DNA from: Phallusia mammillata
Taxonomy: Eukaryota
Direction of reading: 5' to 3'
NCBI GenBank assembly: GCA_965637545.1
Contig: OZ281500.1
Location: 22,816,001-22,880,000 of the forward strand
DNA: 64,000 nt
This document shows positions 26,742 through 38,585 of this stretch, in pieces; position 1 is the first letter of the stretch, and each line of letters starts with the position of its first letter. Below the pieces are notes generated by a model. The model did no database searches. It was not told the origin of the DNA and saw nothing but the letters and a program-made list of their open reading frames with translations. The position numbers and the translations under genes were made by a program.

Positions 26742-26951
26742 TCATGCAAAAGCCCGTTCATTTTCCCTGTATATTAATGCACGCTGTCTGTTGAAATCTG
26801 CGACCGATATTTCCACATGGAAAGGTCGTTCAAAGACTTTTCTGATCATGTTTTTCAAGCCTACATCGACTTTTGTAGAAACGTCTCCTTCTGGGTGAGC
26901 TACAAAACTCCAAGTCGTGCTCACTTGTGAAGCAGAAGTCAAGTTGTTCAT
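26742..26951 (-). CDS. Small-protein family, single-exon type II copy, 69 aa
   Basis: MNNLTSASQVSTTWSFVAHPEGDVSTKVDVGLKNMIRKVFERPFHVEISVADFNRQRALIYRENERAFA*; frame kept in four paralogues with only codon-multiple indels. Confidence 0.7.
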   Translation of the reverse strand: MNNLTSASQVSTTWSFVAHPEGDVSTKVDVGLKNMIRKVFERPFHVEISVADFNRQRALIYRENERAFA

Positions 26952-27262
26952 GTCTTGTATTTTTGTAATCAAAATCAAATTTAACTTTCTTTCTATCTTC
27001 TCTAAATCTTCAAAGTATAACAAATTTTATGTTTGTTTGGGTTTGTGTCCAACCGATTTCAATAACTTTACAGATAAAGTTTTAGTTCAATTTTGTACTT
27101 TTGCAATAATAACTTATTGCTGGTTGCCTTAGCTACAAATTTCTCGCCTAACTGAATTCTTGTTTTAATTGCGGCGATTGTTCGCGTACAAAGAAACGCG
27201 ACCACGAAACCCACACGTGACTGCGCTTAAAAAGACGCGCTTAAAAAGACGTGAAAAGAAGA

Positions 27263-27272
27263 GGGAGTTCCC
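27263..27272. promoter_or_regulatory. NF-kappaB consensus site GGGAGTTCCC, about 310 bp upstream of the type II ATG
   Basis: Exact match to GGGRNWYYCC. Confidence 0.4.
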
Positions 27273-27372
27273 CGTTCTCTAGTGATACAAAAAGGCCCAT
27301 TCACTAGTGGTACGCGTACCACAGATTGGGAACCCTTAGTTTAAATGCTGCCGCGCGCATGTCATGCCAGAA

Positions 27373-28580
27373 CCAACATGAAAAAGTAAACTGGTGTGGC
27401 TTGGGCGTCTTTCCTCTAGTTTTTTTGGACTGCGCGTTGATCAGTGTCAAAAGCGACGGACAAACATGAAAAAGTAAACTGGTGTGGCATGGGCCTTTTT
27501 GTCGCGAGGTTTTGCGATTGCGCGAGGAACTGTTTTAAAGCGTCGCATGTTCTGAATGGACAGACGTGAAAAAGTAAAGTGGTGTGGCATGGGTGTCTTT
27601 CCGCTAGTTTTTTTGGACTGCGCGTTGAACAGTGTGAAAAGCGACGGACAAACATGAAAAAGTAAACTGGTGTGGCATGGGCCTTTTTGTCGCTAGGTTT
27701 TGCGATTGCGCGAGGAACTGTTTTAAAGCGTCGCATGTTCTGAATGGACAGACGTGAAAAAATAAACTGGTGTGGCATGGGTGTCTTTCCGCTAGTTTTT
27801 TTGGACTGCGCGTTGAACAGTGTGAAAAGCGACGGACAAACATGAAAAAGTAAACTGGTGTGGCATGGGCGTCTTCTCGCTAGTTTTGAAAAGCGACCCA
27901 CAAACATGAAAAAGTAAACTGGTGTGGCATGGGCGTCTTCTCGCTAGTTTTTTTGGACTGCGCGTTGAACAGTGTGAAAAGCGACGGACAAACATGAAAA
28001 AGTAAACTGGTGTGGCATGGGCGTCTTCTCGCTAGTTTTGAAAAGCGACCCACAAACATGAAAAAGTAAACTGGTGTGGCATGGGCGTCTTCTCGCTAGT
28101 TTTGAAAAGCGACCCACAAACATGAAAAAGTAAACTGGTGTGGCATGGGCCTTTTTGTCGCGAGGTTTTGCGATTGCGCGAGGAACTGTTTTAAAGCGTC
28201 GCATGTTTTGATTGGACAGACGTGAAAAAATAAATTGGTGTGGCATGGGTGTCTTTCCGCTAGTTTTTTTGGACTGCGCGTTGAACAGTGTGAAAAGCGA
28301 CGGACAAACATGAAAAAGTAAACTGGTGTGGCATGGGCGTCTTCTCGCTAGTTTTGAAAAGCGACCCACAAACATGAAAAAGTAAACTGGTGTGGCATGG
28401 GCGTCTTCTCGCTAGTTTTGAAAAGCGACCCACAAACGTGAAAAAGTGAACTGGTGTGGCATGGGCGTCTTCTCGCTAGTTTTGAAAAGCGACGCACAAA
28501 CGTAAAAAAGTAAACTGGTGTGGCATGGGCTTTTTTGTCGCTAGGTTTTGCGATTGCGCAAAGAACTGTTTTAAAGCGTT
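27373..28580. repeat. Composite satellite: 15 units sharing a ~33-bp core with three recurring variable parts (64, 88, 100 bp)
   Basis: Core caaacatgaaaaagtaaactggtgtggcatggg at 27373, 27461, 27561, 27649, 27749, 27837, 27901, 27989, 28053, 28117, 28217, 28305, 28369, 28433, 28497. Confidence 0.95.
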
Positions 28581-29713
28581 CCCAACACAATGTGTAGAAT
28601 GTGACCATCTTACTCGCTCAATCATTGTGCTCAGCATCTTTGTTCACATCTCGTCGGATCACTAGAAAAGTCGCCAATATTTATGAAACGACAACCTACT
28701 GGTAACGGTAACGCAGTATTATTTGGATTGGCTGCCGTTACCTTTAAAATGTTATGACGTAATAATTGTTACAAAGACACATTTCTGACTCTCATCAGTC
28801 AGCGTAAACGTGAATGTCGTTGCTGAAAAGCGGAAGTAATGGTTTCAAAAGATCTGAAAACCTAGAAACGGACTGTTGAAATATACACGCGTTCTCTCGC
28901 AAACAAACATTATGTTGTCAGTTTAAAAATATTGTTGCGTGGCACTATAAAAACAGGAGAGAACTTACGTAGTTAATAAGCAAACATCATTGAATATCAC
29001 TTAAAAGGGTGAAAAAACAACAAAAATTCATCAGTGCGATACTATTTGAAATTCTTAATTCAAGTAAGTCAGCTTTATGTGCAAGACGTCGAAATGCTTT
29101 GACGTTACAAATTACAATCAAGTCGTGCGATAATATTTGAAATCACTGCGATAAATTGAAACCAATCCACTCGTGTTGGCTTTGTGAAGAACACGTTGTA
29201 ACATTCGCATATCGTCAATCCAATACATAGAATGCAAATTTCACAATGAAACATAAACGCAACAAAGGAACAGAGTGGTATATGGTTCTATTTGCTGTAA
29301 AATACATATAAAGTAGCGATGTAATGAAGAATCATTAAAACCAATCAAGATAAAGAAGTAAGATAAAGATTGACGGCGCGAAGTAAATATTTTACTACTC
29401 AGCAGTCTCAGTGGATCTAGAAAAATTATGAAGTAATATGAAGGTTGCACTCAAAGAACTATGTTACAGTGGGAACATGACAACAAAATAATATATTTCA
29501 GAACTCAAACACCTCTTGGAGGTCCGTGTCTTCGGCACCTCTGATCGAAATACGTTAAAAAATTGGCGGTAATCAAGCATGTAAACGTCTACAGGATGGA
29601 AACTTGTAAAATATGAACTAATTTAAAGTGGCAATGTTGGATTTAAGCCACAGTATTACACAGTTTTTTGAAAAAAATTAAATCACCAAAGGGTATATAA
29701 CTTGACAAAATGT

Positions 29714-29917
29714 TCATGCAAAAGCCCGTTCATTTTCCCTGTATATTAATGAACGCTGTCCGTTAAAATCCGCAACTGATATTTCCACATGGGAAGGTCG
29801 TTCAAAGACTTTTCTGATCATGTTTTTCAAGCCTACATCGACTTCTGTAGAAACGTCTCCTTCTGGGTGAGCTACAAAACTCCAAGTCGTACTCACTTGT
29901 GAAGCAGAAATGTCCAT
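29714..29917 (-). CDS. Small-protein family, type II copy, 67 aa
   Basis: MDISASQVSTTWSFVAHPEGDVSTEVDVGLKNMIRKVFERPSHVEISVADFNGQRSLIYRENERAFA*. Confidence 0.7.
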   Translation of the reverse strand: MDISASQVSTTWSFVAHPEGDVSTEVDVGLKNMIRKVFERPSHVEISVADFNGQRSLIYRENERAFA

Positions 29918-30284
29918 ATCTTGTATTTTTTCTAAACAAAATCAAATCTAGTTTTCCTTCTATCTTCTGTAAATCTTCAAAGTATAACAAATTTTTTGTT
30001 TGTTTTCTTGTTTGTTTGGGTTTGTGTTCAACCTATTTCAATAACTTCACGGACAAAGTTTTAATTCAATTTTCTATTTTCGCAATAATAACTTATTGCT
30101 GGTTGCCTTAGCTACAAATTTCTTTCCTGACTAAATTCTTGTTTGAATTGCGACGATGGTCCGCGGACAACCCAGAAAAGAAATGCGACCATGAAAACCA
30201 AACGTGACTTGTGCTATTGTATAAACGCTGTGGGTGAGTTATTTCGCTGTAATGCGACACCACCCATGGCAGATGAAAAGAAGA

Positions 30285-30294
30285 GGGAGTTCCC
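30285..30294. promoter_or_regulatory. NF-kappaB consensus site GGGAGTTCCC upstream of the 29.7-kb copy
   Basis: Exact consensus match; homologous to 27263-27272. Confidence 0.4.
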
Positions 30295-31950
30295 CGTTCT
30301 ATATAGGCGGGAGTTGGGCGGGACAAGTAGGGTTTAAAAGAATGGTTCACCATTCATTTGGATTTGGAAGAATAAGCCTGCTCCTATTCTATCACCTTCG
30401 TAGAGTAAAACTACAAAGTGTAAAAGTTACAAACAAAGAATCAATAAATAATTAGACCTATTTACGTATTTGTATTAACTTGTCAATTGTACCGTTACCG
30501 TAGCTTTGTTACCGTTACGCCTGACTACCGGTTGCTTTAAATCCCACCACCATAACCTCAATTTTTTCTGGATGACTTACTTTGACCCTTAATTAGTCGC
30601 ATCAGGTTTGTCGATGGTAACACTTCATCACCCTTTTACAGTAAAAAGGCTAATCAAGCAAAACTAAAATTCAACTAATGAAACCAAGTTTGATTTATTA
30701 CTTCTTTTTACGACTCTTTAATTCATGCCTTCAATTCTTAAGTCCGTAATACTGAACTGCTTGTAATAATTTGTACTGAACATGTTGAAGCAATATATAT
30801 TATCTAAAATTTGCGCATGTCATCGTCAAACACAGCTCTTGTCTGGTTTGAGTAGATTGCGTGAGAAAAAAGTGTGACGAAATTGGTTCGCGTGCCCGGG
30901 CGCAGGATTTCCGAACTGAAGAAAAACCGCACCCCACGCGTGCGCGACACATTCAAAAATCAAATGGAACGATCACGTGTATCGCCACCCACTGCCTAAG
31001 TATTTGGTATGACTGGGACATAACACAAGTTTGTTTTTAACCGACCTTAAGTTTCTGGTTGCCTTTACCTACAAATGCTTATCTAATTCTACTGCAGTCA
31101 AATGTCTTTTGCCAATAAATTGCTCAATACAAGTGCATGTCATATTCTTTTCTCCGACAACTAGTCCTGTTTGAACAAACGTAAAAAGCAGACTGGTGTT
31201 CGCGTGGGCGTCTTCTCGCTAGGTCTTGAACTGCGCGTTTGGCGTGAAATTCGACTTCTTTTTGACATTGAGTTGCAGTTTTTGCATTTTTGGATGGATA
31301 TTTTTCCTTGCATTGTTAACGATGAGCAGCGTTGATTTGCCACTTATGTGTGTTTCGGAAAGCCGACACGCTCTAAACCAAACAATAATATAGATTTTCC
31401 CATGCGCGACTCAAGCCTTTAGTTGTGAAACTTAAATCAATTCAGTTTTTGAAATCTCCCACATTTTGCAAACTTTGCTAAACTCCAATTTGTTTTCATA
31501 CTTTCAATAGCAATCTTTTTCGCTTCAATTGCACACGCACCTATATTTTAAAGCATTTTACGACCTGTAGCAGTCATCTAACAATTAAGCTGCCTGATAT
31601 TTTTTACAACTTAGCACACTGCAGCTGAAATACTTCAAATATCCCGAATCTGCAAACAATCACACTCAAAACAATACTCAAAAACAATTCTCACGTATAT
31701 TTTACACACTGTGGTTGCTACACAAAAGAACGTGGGGATCTCTCGGCCTCCCTCTCTCTCACTGCCAAGAAAAAGGCACGCACAAAATAGTCCCGCGGGG
31801 AAGTACCTTGTTTCTGCAGAGAATGTTCAAACAAATTTAAATGAACAGATTCCGTTAATATGTTAGTACTGTTCTGTCATTAAAGTATTTTAATTAATCA
31901 AACTTAAACGTTTTTTACCAAAAGACCAATAAAACGCCATGCTACTAGTG

Positions 31951-32262
31951 CAGGGGTGGCCAATCTTTTTTACCAGAGGGCCAAATATGCAACTGTCTTG
32001 CCACTGGAGGGCCGAATTAAATGAGATTTACGTAAAATTTGTCGTAACTGGTTGCCATCTTTATGAAAATTAACGCTGCAAGGGCATTTATTCTAAAAAT
32101 AATAACGCTTGCCACAAGCTACTGCTAGCAGCAGCCAGCGCCGCTTGTTCACAGTGGTAAATATGGTGCTTGGAAAAAAACCAGGCAAGGTGTTTGGCGG
32201 GCCGGATAAAACAGGACTGGGGGGCCGGATGCGGCCCGCGGGCCGTAGTTTGGCCACCACTG
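31951..32262. mobile_element. Non-autonomous hAT-type MITE
   Basis: TIRs caggggtggccaa / ttggccaccactg; 8-bp TSD tactagtg; empty site gctactagtggaaccg in the paralogous segment at about 38115. Confidence 0.92.
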
Positions 32263-32269
32263 TACTAGT

Positions 32270-34600
32270 GGAACCGTTGAAACAATGCCACAATGTCACG
32301 GTTGATTGCAGACACAAACGTTAATCAGTAATTTAACACATTTGTAACAGCGTAACTTTTGGAAACCGAAACCGCTTTGCGTCCAGGGTTAGTCTTGTGT
32401 AAAACAAACAAGCAAGCCCCCGTTGCTATACCAACACTTTACGCTATTGCGTTCACCTTCAATCTACAAGACTTACCCAATTTTTAATAGCCTTACGTTG
32501 AATGCTACTAATGCTGTCCGCGGTTCATCTCGTGTATTTCTGTTTTAAGGGTCCTCTGTTACAATACAAACACTTTCGTTTGTCGTTTGTCGCGTTCTCC
32601 TGCACTGTACAAGAATATTAGACACCAAAGGAATATTTATAAAAGAAAGAAATGTTGCAGGCTACGTTGAGGCAGTTATTATCATCACCGACATCACATT
32701 TACTGCAGATATTCGAATATTTTTCAACACGCGACAATGTTTACACGAAAAACTGCTGCGAGGAAAAAAAACGAGAATGAAAGGATTTTCCTCCCACAGC
32801 AGACAACGGCTTACGTTCCCATTAATTTGACAACAGCGTTGACAATAAAGCAGAAATCTTTGCCTGGTGCTAGAAATAGTAGTGGTGTTTTTTTAACGCC
32901 TTGATCGAGTGCTGCAATGTTCCCAACGTTGTTTAGCTTGCCTGTGAAGTTTACTCCACTGGAACGATACGCTACAGTGAATGTAACTGTATGCGTTCTT
33001 GTTACGAAAACTGACTGACCTTTCTATTGAGTTGACAGCGGCGTTGACAATAGACGAAACATTGGTAAATAATGTTGCAGTACTTGGTAACTATCGCTTT
33101 GTGGACCAATCATAACATCACGTGGTGTAATGTTACACATTCTGATCCAAGCGACCCAACGGTATATTTTAGATGTACCCGCTTATTGGGTCTTACTTAG
33201 CTTATACATGAAATTTGACACGTAAATACAACGCAATAACAGTTCTTTGTTTTAATTTGTGTTGAACTTCGATTCTTCATAAAAACGTAACAGCAGGAAA
33301 TTTAAATTTAAGTGTAATAAACTGTTTTGGTAAATATAAAAATCTTTTTGTTTTGTCTGATAGCATATATCTTATGTCTAACGTTTTATTTTAAAATCTT
33401 TGCATAGGCAACAGGCATTGAAGTTTCTGGATTTCTTCTCTGCAGCGATTTGAAATACAGAACAGATCGTTTGCACTTTTTCATGCGTTCGTCGTCCCCG
33501 AAACAATTAATTCTTAATTCAAGTAAGTGCATGACGTCATGAATGTTGTAAGCGTTCTTGCAATCACGTCACAAAATTGTTGGGTCATACCGAATCGCCG
33601 AATAGTCTTTAAAGTATAAACAAACTCTGGTATAATTTGCCACATTGGCGACGCCACCAAAGTCTTTCTATTCACAAGTTTACTTATCGATAGCAACAGG
33701 CTCTACAGCGCAACCTTGCGAAATGTTGTTTCACTAAATTCAGTTCTTAAAAAAATCCCGACACAGCTACTGCCCTTGAGTGAAACCAAGGCAGTTTTAG
33801 TGTCGAAAAATACATTTGTTTACTTTACGGCAACAAAAACATTTTAAAGTTTTATTGAACCTTGCCACGAGTTAATGCTAAAGAGCATAAAAATAGATAT
33901 GTAAAGCGGAAACAGAATTGACACAAATGAAAAACAAACAAAAGGAACACTATATACAGATCTGTTCATAAGTTTAATGGTGAAAATAACGGCCCAAATA
34001 GACGTTAAAAGCGATATGCCGAAACGTTTGAACAATAAAGCATGTCGTCTTTTACGTCTATTTGGGCCGTTATTTTCTCCATTAAACAAAAGGAAATTTA
34101 CAACATTACAACTTTTCCAAGTATGTTTCTTTTAGAGATCCATTATTTGCTGTTGTTTTGGAATTAAAGGCTTTGGAATATGTAAGTTAAACAGTTGAAT
34201 TATAGTTATCATTCTGATGCGCGTTTAAATTATTGTAAAAAAGTCTTATTTGTAATTTTGTTACAAATTAAATAATTGAATTAAACTGGTCACCAATGTT
34301 TATCTTAAATTGGTAATACAATGAGTTTTGTTTTTTGAGCTTTTATTGTGCGAGATAAAATAAGATGCGCTAAAGCGAGTAGGTATAAAGTAAGTCGGTA
34401 ACATAAGGTACTATTTTACTGTTACACTGACAAATCACAAAAAACAAAGAATGCGCGAAAATACAGCGACATGTAATTTTTTAAATGGTTTATGTAAACG
34501 CAGTTGGTCCATTTCAACACACGACTCTTTACAGTCTGTTTAAGTAAGCTAATATTTCCACGCAAAACGGTTCTGATTACCTGTGTTCTCAACACAGAGC
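32270..34600. repeat. Segmental duplicate of about 38120-41220; no supported coding frame
   Basis: Collinear similarity throughout; in the stretch I compared, differences were spread over all codon positions, with frameshifts. Confidence 0.75.
33948..34085. mobile_element. Short hairpin interspersed element with asymmetric leader
   Basis: 33-bp inverted repeat with 1 mismatch (33973-34005 / 34054-34086); flanking direct repeat acaaaaggaa (33938-33947, 34086-34095); absent from the paralogous site near 40700. Confidence 0.65.
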
Positions 34601-35953
34601 CCACAGTTCTCAATTGTTAGAATAAATACGTTCGTTTACCTACTGTTTTATGTGAAAATAGCAACTGACAATAACATAATAACAGTCTTAATACTGATAT
34701 TTAGTTGATTAGTATTTTCCACAAACGTACATGCTAAAATGCTTGGGTCGCGAGAATTTAGAGCAATTTTTTTAGGGTCGCACCAAAAAGTATTTGCGGA
34801 CTCCTGATATAGATAATGCCAAATAAGGAACAAAAAGCAAGCAACGCTAACAGAATGTTCGAAGAAAAGTGGACATGTGTGCAGCCATTTCTAAGATTAC
34901 AAATTAGCAGTAAACACTCAAGTGGCCCGCGCAATCATTCGTAAACGGCATGTGGGCCTTTGGCCAAAAAGGTTGGACACCCCTGACCTAATGTCTCGTG
35001 AACAAACACTCTGATGGCCTGCAGTGAACAAATATTGTTGCGTGGCACTAAAAAAACAGGAGAACTTATAAAACATCATTGAGTATCACTTAAAAGGGTG
35101 AAACAACAACTACATAAAAATTCATCAGTGCGATAATATTATAAATTCTTAATTCAAGTAAGTCAACATTACGTGCATGACGTCGTAAATGTTTTATCGT
35201 TGTTACAATCGATAAGACTTGAAATCATTTCGATGAATTGAAACCAACCCACTCGTGTTGGCTTTGTGAAGAACACGTTGTACCATTCGCATATCGTCAA
35301 TCCAATACATAGAATGCAAACACCAACAATATACTAACTGGATCATTTAAGGAGTCAGCCTTTTTAGGTTTTATACTTTTGTGTCGATCATAAAACTCGA
35401 AAATCTAGTTTAAAACCAACGATGTGGGAATTAGCTTCTGTTTTGAAATTATCTATACAGCAAAATTGCTTTCAGGTTTTCGCAGAAAATTACAATTCAC
35501 AATGAAACATAAACGCAACAATAGAACAAAGTGGTGCATGGTTCTATTTGCTTGAAGAAAAAACATATAAAGTAGCCATGTAATGAAAATCATTAAAACC
35601 AATCAAAATAAAGAAAAATAAAAAGATTGAAAAAGATAGTAAATATTTTACTATTCAGCAGCCTCAGCATGTCTAGAAAAAATATGAAGTAATATGAAGG
35701 TTACACTCAAAGAACTATGTTACAGGGTGAACATGACAACAAAATAATATAGTTCAGAAATCAAACACCCCTTGGAATATGAAAATATAATACGAAAAAT
35801 AAATTTACGGTATACAAGCAAGTAAAGGTCTACAGGATGGAAACTTGTAAATATGAACTAATTTAAAGTGGCAATGTTGCATTTAAGCCACATTGTTACA
35901 CACATTATTGAAAAGTCAAAAATCACCAACGGCTATATAACTTGATAAAAAGT

Positions 35954-36163
35954 TCATGTAAAAGCCCGTTCATTTTCCCTGTATATTAATGCATGCTGTC
36001 TGTTGAAATCTGCGACCGATATTTCCACATGGAAAGGTCGTTCAAAGACTTTTCTGATCATGTTTTCCAAGCCTACATCGACTTCTGTAGAAACGTCTCC
36101 TTCTGGGTGAGCTACAAAACTCCAAGTCGTGCTCGCTTGTGAAGCAGAAATGAAGTTGTTCAT
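35954..36163 (-). CDS. Small-protein family, type II copy, 69 aa
   Basis: MNNFISASQASTTWSFVAHPEGDVSTEVDVGLENMIRKVFERPFHVEISVADFNRQHALIYRENERAFT*. Confidence 0.7.
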   Translation of the reverse strand: MNNFISASQASTTWSFVAHPEGDVSTEVDVGLENMIRKVFERPFHVEISVADFNRQHALIYRENERAFT

Positions 36164-36402
36164 ATCTTGTATTTTTTGTAAACAAAATCAAATCTAACTT
36201 TTTTTCTACTCTCTGTAAATCGTCAAAGTATAACAAATGTGTTTTTTATTATTATTGTTTAAGTTTGTTTGCAACCGATTTCAATAACTTTACGGATATA
36301 GTTTTAATTCAATTTCCTACTTAACAAACCAGATAAGAAACACGACCACGAATACCAAACGTTATACTTGCGCTCTTTAGCATAATAATACAACTGCGGT
36401 TG

Positions 36403-36636
36403 CTCTGTCCAACCCCTACCACGCCACCTATGTATGTCCAACCCCTACCACGCCACCTATGTATGTCCAACCCCTGCCACGCCACCTATGTATGTCCAAC
36501 CCCTACCACGCCACCTATGTATGTCCAACCCCTACCACGCCACCTATGTATGTCCAACCCCTGCCACGCCACCTATGTATGTCCAACCCCTGCCACGCCA
36601 CCTATGTATGTCCAACCCCTGCCACGCCACCTATGT
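36403..36636. repeat. Minisatellite, about 8 x 29 bp
   Basis: Unit cctatgtatgtccaacccct(a/g)ccacgcca; single-copy counterpart at about 43278-43306. Confidence 0.95.
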
Positions 36637-37237
36637 GGGAGCGCCATAAGAGAGAATTGAGGCATAAAAAAACCATCCCCCGCCACGCCACCGATGGCAT
36701 GACACTTAGAGACCCGTTGGATTGTCATCTTTTAGTACCTTTTAACAACTCGGCAGTATTTTGGCAAATACAAATCTGTGTCTTTTTTTTTAAACTCATG
36801 ACTTCTTCAGTCTGTACAACTTAATTGCGTACAATAAATTGTAGTTAACTGCAGCAGTAACGTTTTGCGTGCTTGGGCACAGAAAACCTTCAATTGCGTG
36901 CTTGATGGGCGCAGAAAATCTACAAATGTCGGAATGTGCGTTTCTCCGACGACTAGTCCTGTTTGCACAATCGTAAAAAGCGGTCTGGTATTTGCTTTGG
37001 CCTCGTCTCGCTAGGTCTTGAACTGCGCGTTTGGCGTAAAAATAGATTTTTTTGGGCTTCGAGTTGCAGTTTTTGGCATTTATTGATGGATATTTATACT
37101 ATGCATTGTTAACGATGAGCAGCGGTGATTTGGCACTTATGTTTGTTTCGGGATGCCGACACGCTCCAAACCAAACAATAATATAGATTTTCCCATGCGC
37201 GACTCAAGCCTTTAGTTGTGAAACTTAAATCAATCAA

Positions 37238-37444
37238 TCACAGTACGCGTAGGCCCATTGAAGGCGCTATACCGAATCAGCCGGTCACCAAGCATTCACC
37301 ACCATATGGCAAGGCGTAGGCTAGAAAAATCTAGCCTGCGGTGGGACTCGAACCCACGACAGGAGTCTTTCCGGGACTCGCGCTGACCGCTGGTCTGCAT
37401 AGACGCTTCAGGGCTGATCCCAGTTATGAATTTATGTTCATCTT
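37238..37444 (-). mobile_element. tRNA-derived SINE
   Basis: Minus strand cagaccagcggt (A-box-like) and gggttcgagtccc (B box); 16-bp TSD aacttaaatcaatcaa (37222-37237, 37445-37460); empty site in the paralogue at about 31430; related fragments near 49760, 55343-55482 and 56015. Confidence 0.8.
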
Positions 37445-38585
37445 AACTTAAATCAATCAAGTTTAAGAAATCTCCCACATTATGCAAATTTGCTATTGCA
37501 CACGCGCCTATATTTTAAAGCATTTTACGACCTGCAGCTGGCATTTAACAAACAAGCTGCCTGATATTTTTTCCAACTTAGCACACTGCTGCTGTAATCA
37601 AAAAAAATCTTTGGTACTTTTTGGTAATAATTTGCTTTTTCGCACATACGGACTCGACGCCTAAAACTTATTTCATAAAAAATGCTTCCAATTAAATTTC
37701 CTTACATAGTTCAGTTTACAAATGCTATAAGCCAGTGGTTTAAAATAATATTAAAGCTTAATTTTAAACTTTCGAAATCTGCAAACAACCACAAAACCAC
37801 AACAATGCGAATCAAACAATATCAATTACTTTTTACCCACCGTGGTTGCTACATTTGACACGAAAACATGGAATCACTTTTAACCTCCACTTTTCTTACT
37901 CGCTAACCTTTTTTTTCATTCTCGATGAGATGGTGAAGAAAAGGGAACACGCTAAATAGTCCCGCGGGGAAGTACCGATATGGAGTTTTTTGTTTCTGCA
38001 GAGAATATTCAACCAAATTTGAATCAAGGGATTTCGTATAAAATATGTTAGTCCTGTTCTGCCATGAAAGTTTTTCAAACGTTTTTTTCATAAAAATACC
38101 AATAAAACGGTCTGCTACTAGTGGAACCGTTGAAACAATGCAATTGTTGGTTTCAGACACAAACGTAATCAGTAAATTACCCTATTTTAACAGCGTAAAG
38201 TTTGCAGGGTCAGTCTTGTGTACGACAGTTATGCAATCCCCCGTTGCTATATCAGCACTTTACTCTATCGCGTTCACCTTCAATGTATTGGATCTACCAC
38301 GTTTTAACAACCTAACTTACGTTGGAAACCACTTTGCATGTTCTGTCCAGGGTTCCTCCTGACGATTCCTGTTTAGAGACTTCAATTACAATACCAGCAT
38401 TTTACTTTGTCACGTTCTTCTGTATTGTACAAGACTGTTAGACACCAAAGTAATATTTATAAATGAAATGAATGTTGCAGGCAATATTTACGCAGTTAAT
38501 ATCGTCAGCGACACGACATTTACTTCTGATATTCGTTTTATAGGCAATATTTACGCAGTTAATATCGTCAGCGACACGACATTTA

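Noticed and set aside
26952-27023. Upstream extension MLYFEDLEKIERK... of the 26.7-kb ORF
   Set aside because: It starts at a non-ATG codon and is out of frame in the 29.9- and 36.2-kb paralogues; treated as 5' UTR.
27373-28580. CRISPR-like repeat-spacer appearance
   Set aside because: The spacers are only three recurring, mutually related cassettes; unit length varies 64-100 bp; there are no cas genes and the context is eukaryotic. It is a satellite.
27416-28608. Several overlapping ORFs up to 163 aa in the satellite, and ORFs 36400-36824 in the 29-bp repeat
   Set aside because: Products of stop-poor tandem repeats; frames shift from unit to unit.
29241-29450. GPCR-like hydrophobic ORF containing LHRYF
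   Set aside because: Homologous segments near 26.3-26.5, 35.5-35.7 and 42.3-42.55 kb are frameshifted or contain stops; this is duplicated 3' flank.
37330-37410. Possible functional tRNA gene
   Set aside because: The B box is present but no complete cloverleaf or anticodon arm could be drawn, and it lies inside a TSD-flanked insertion; called a SINE.
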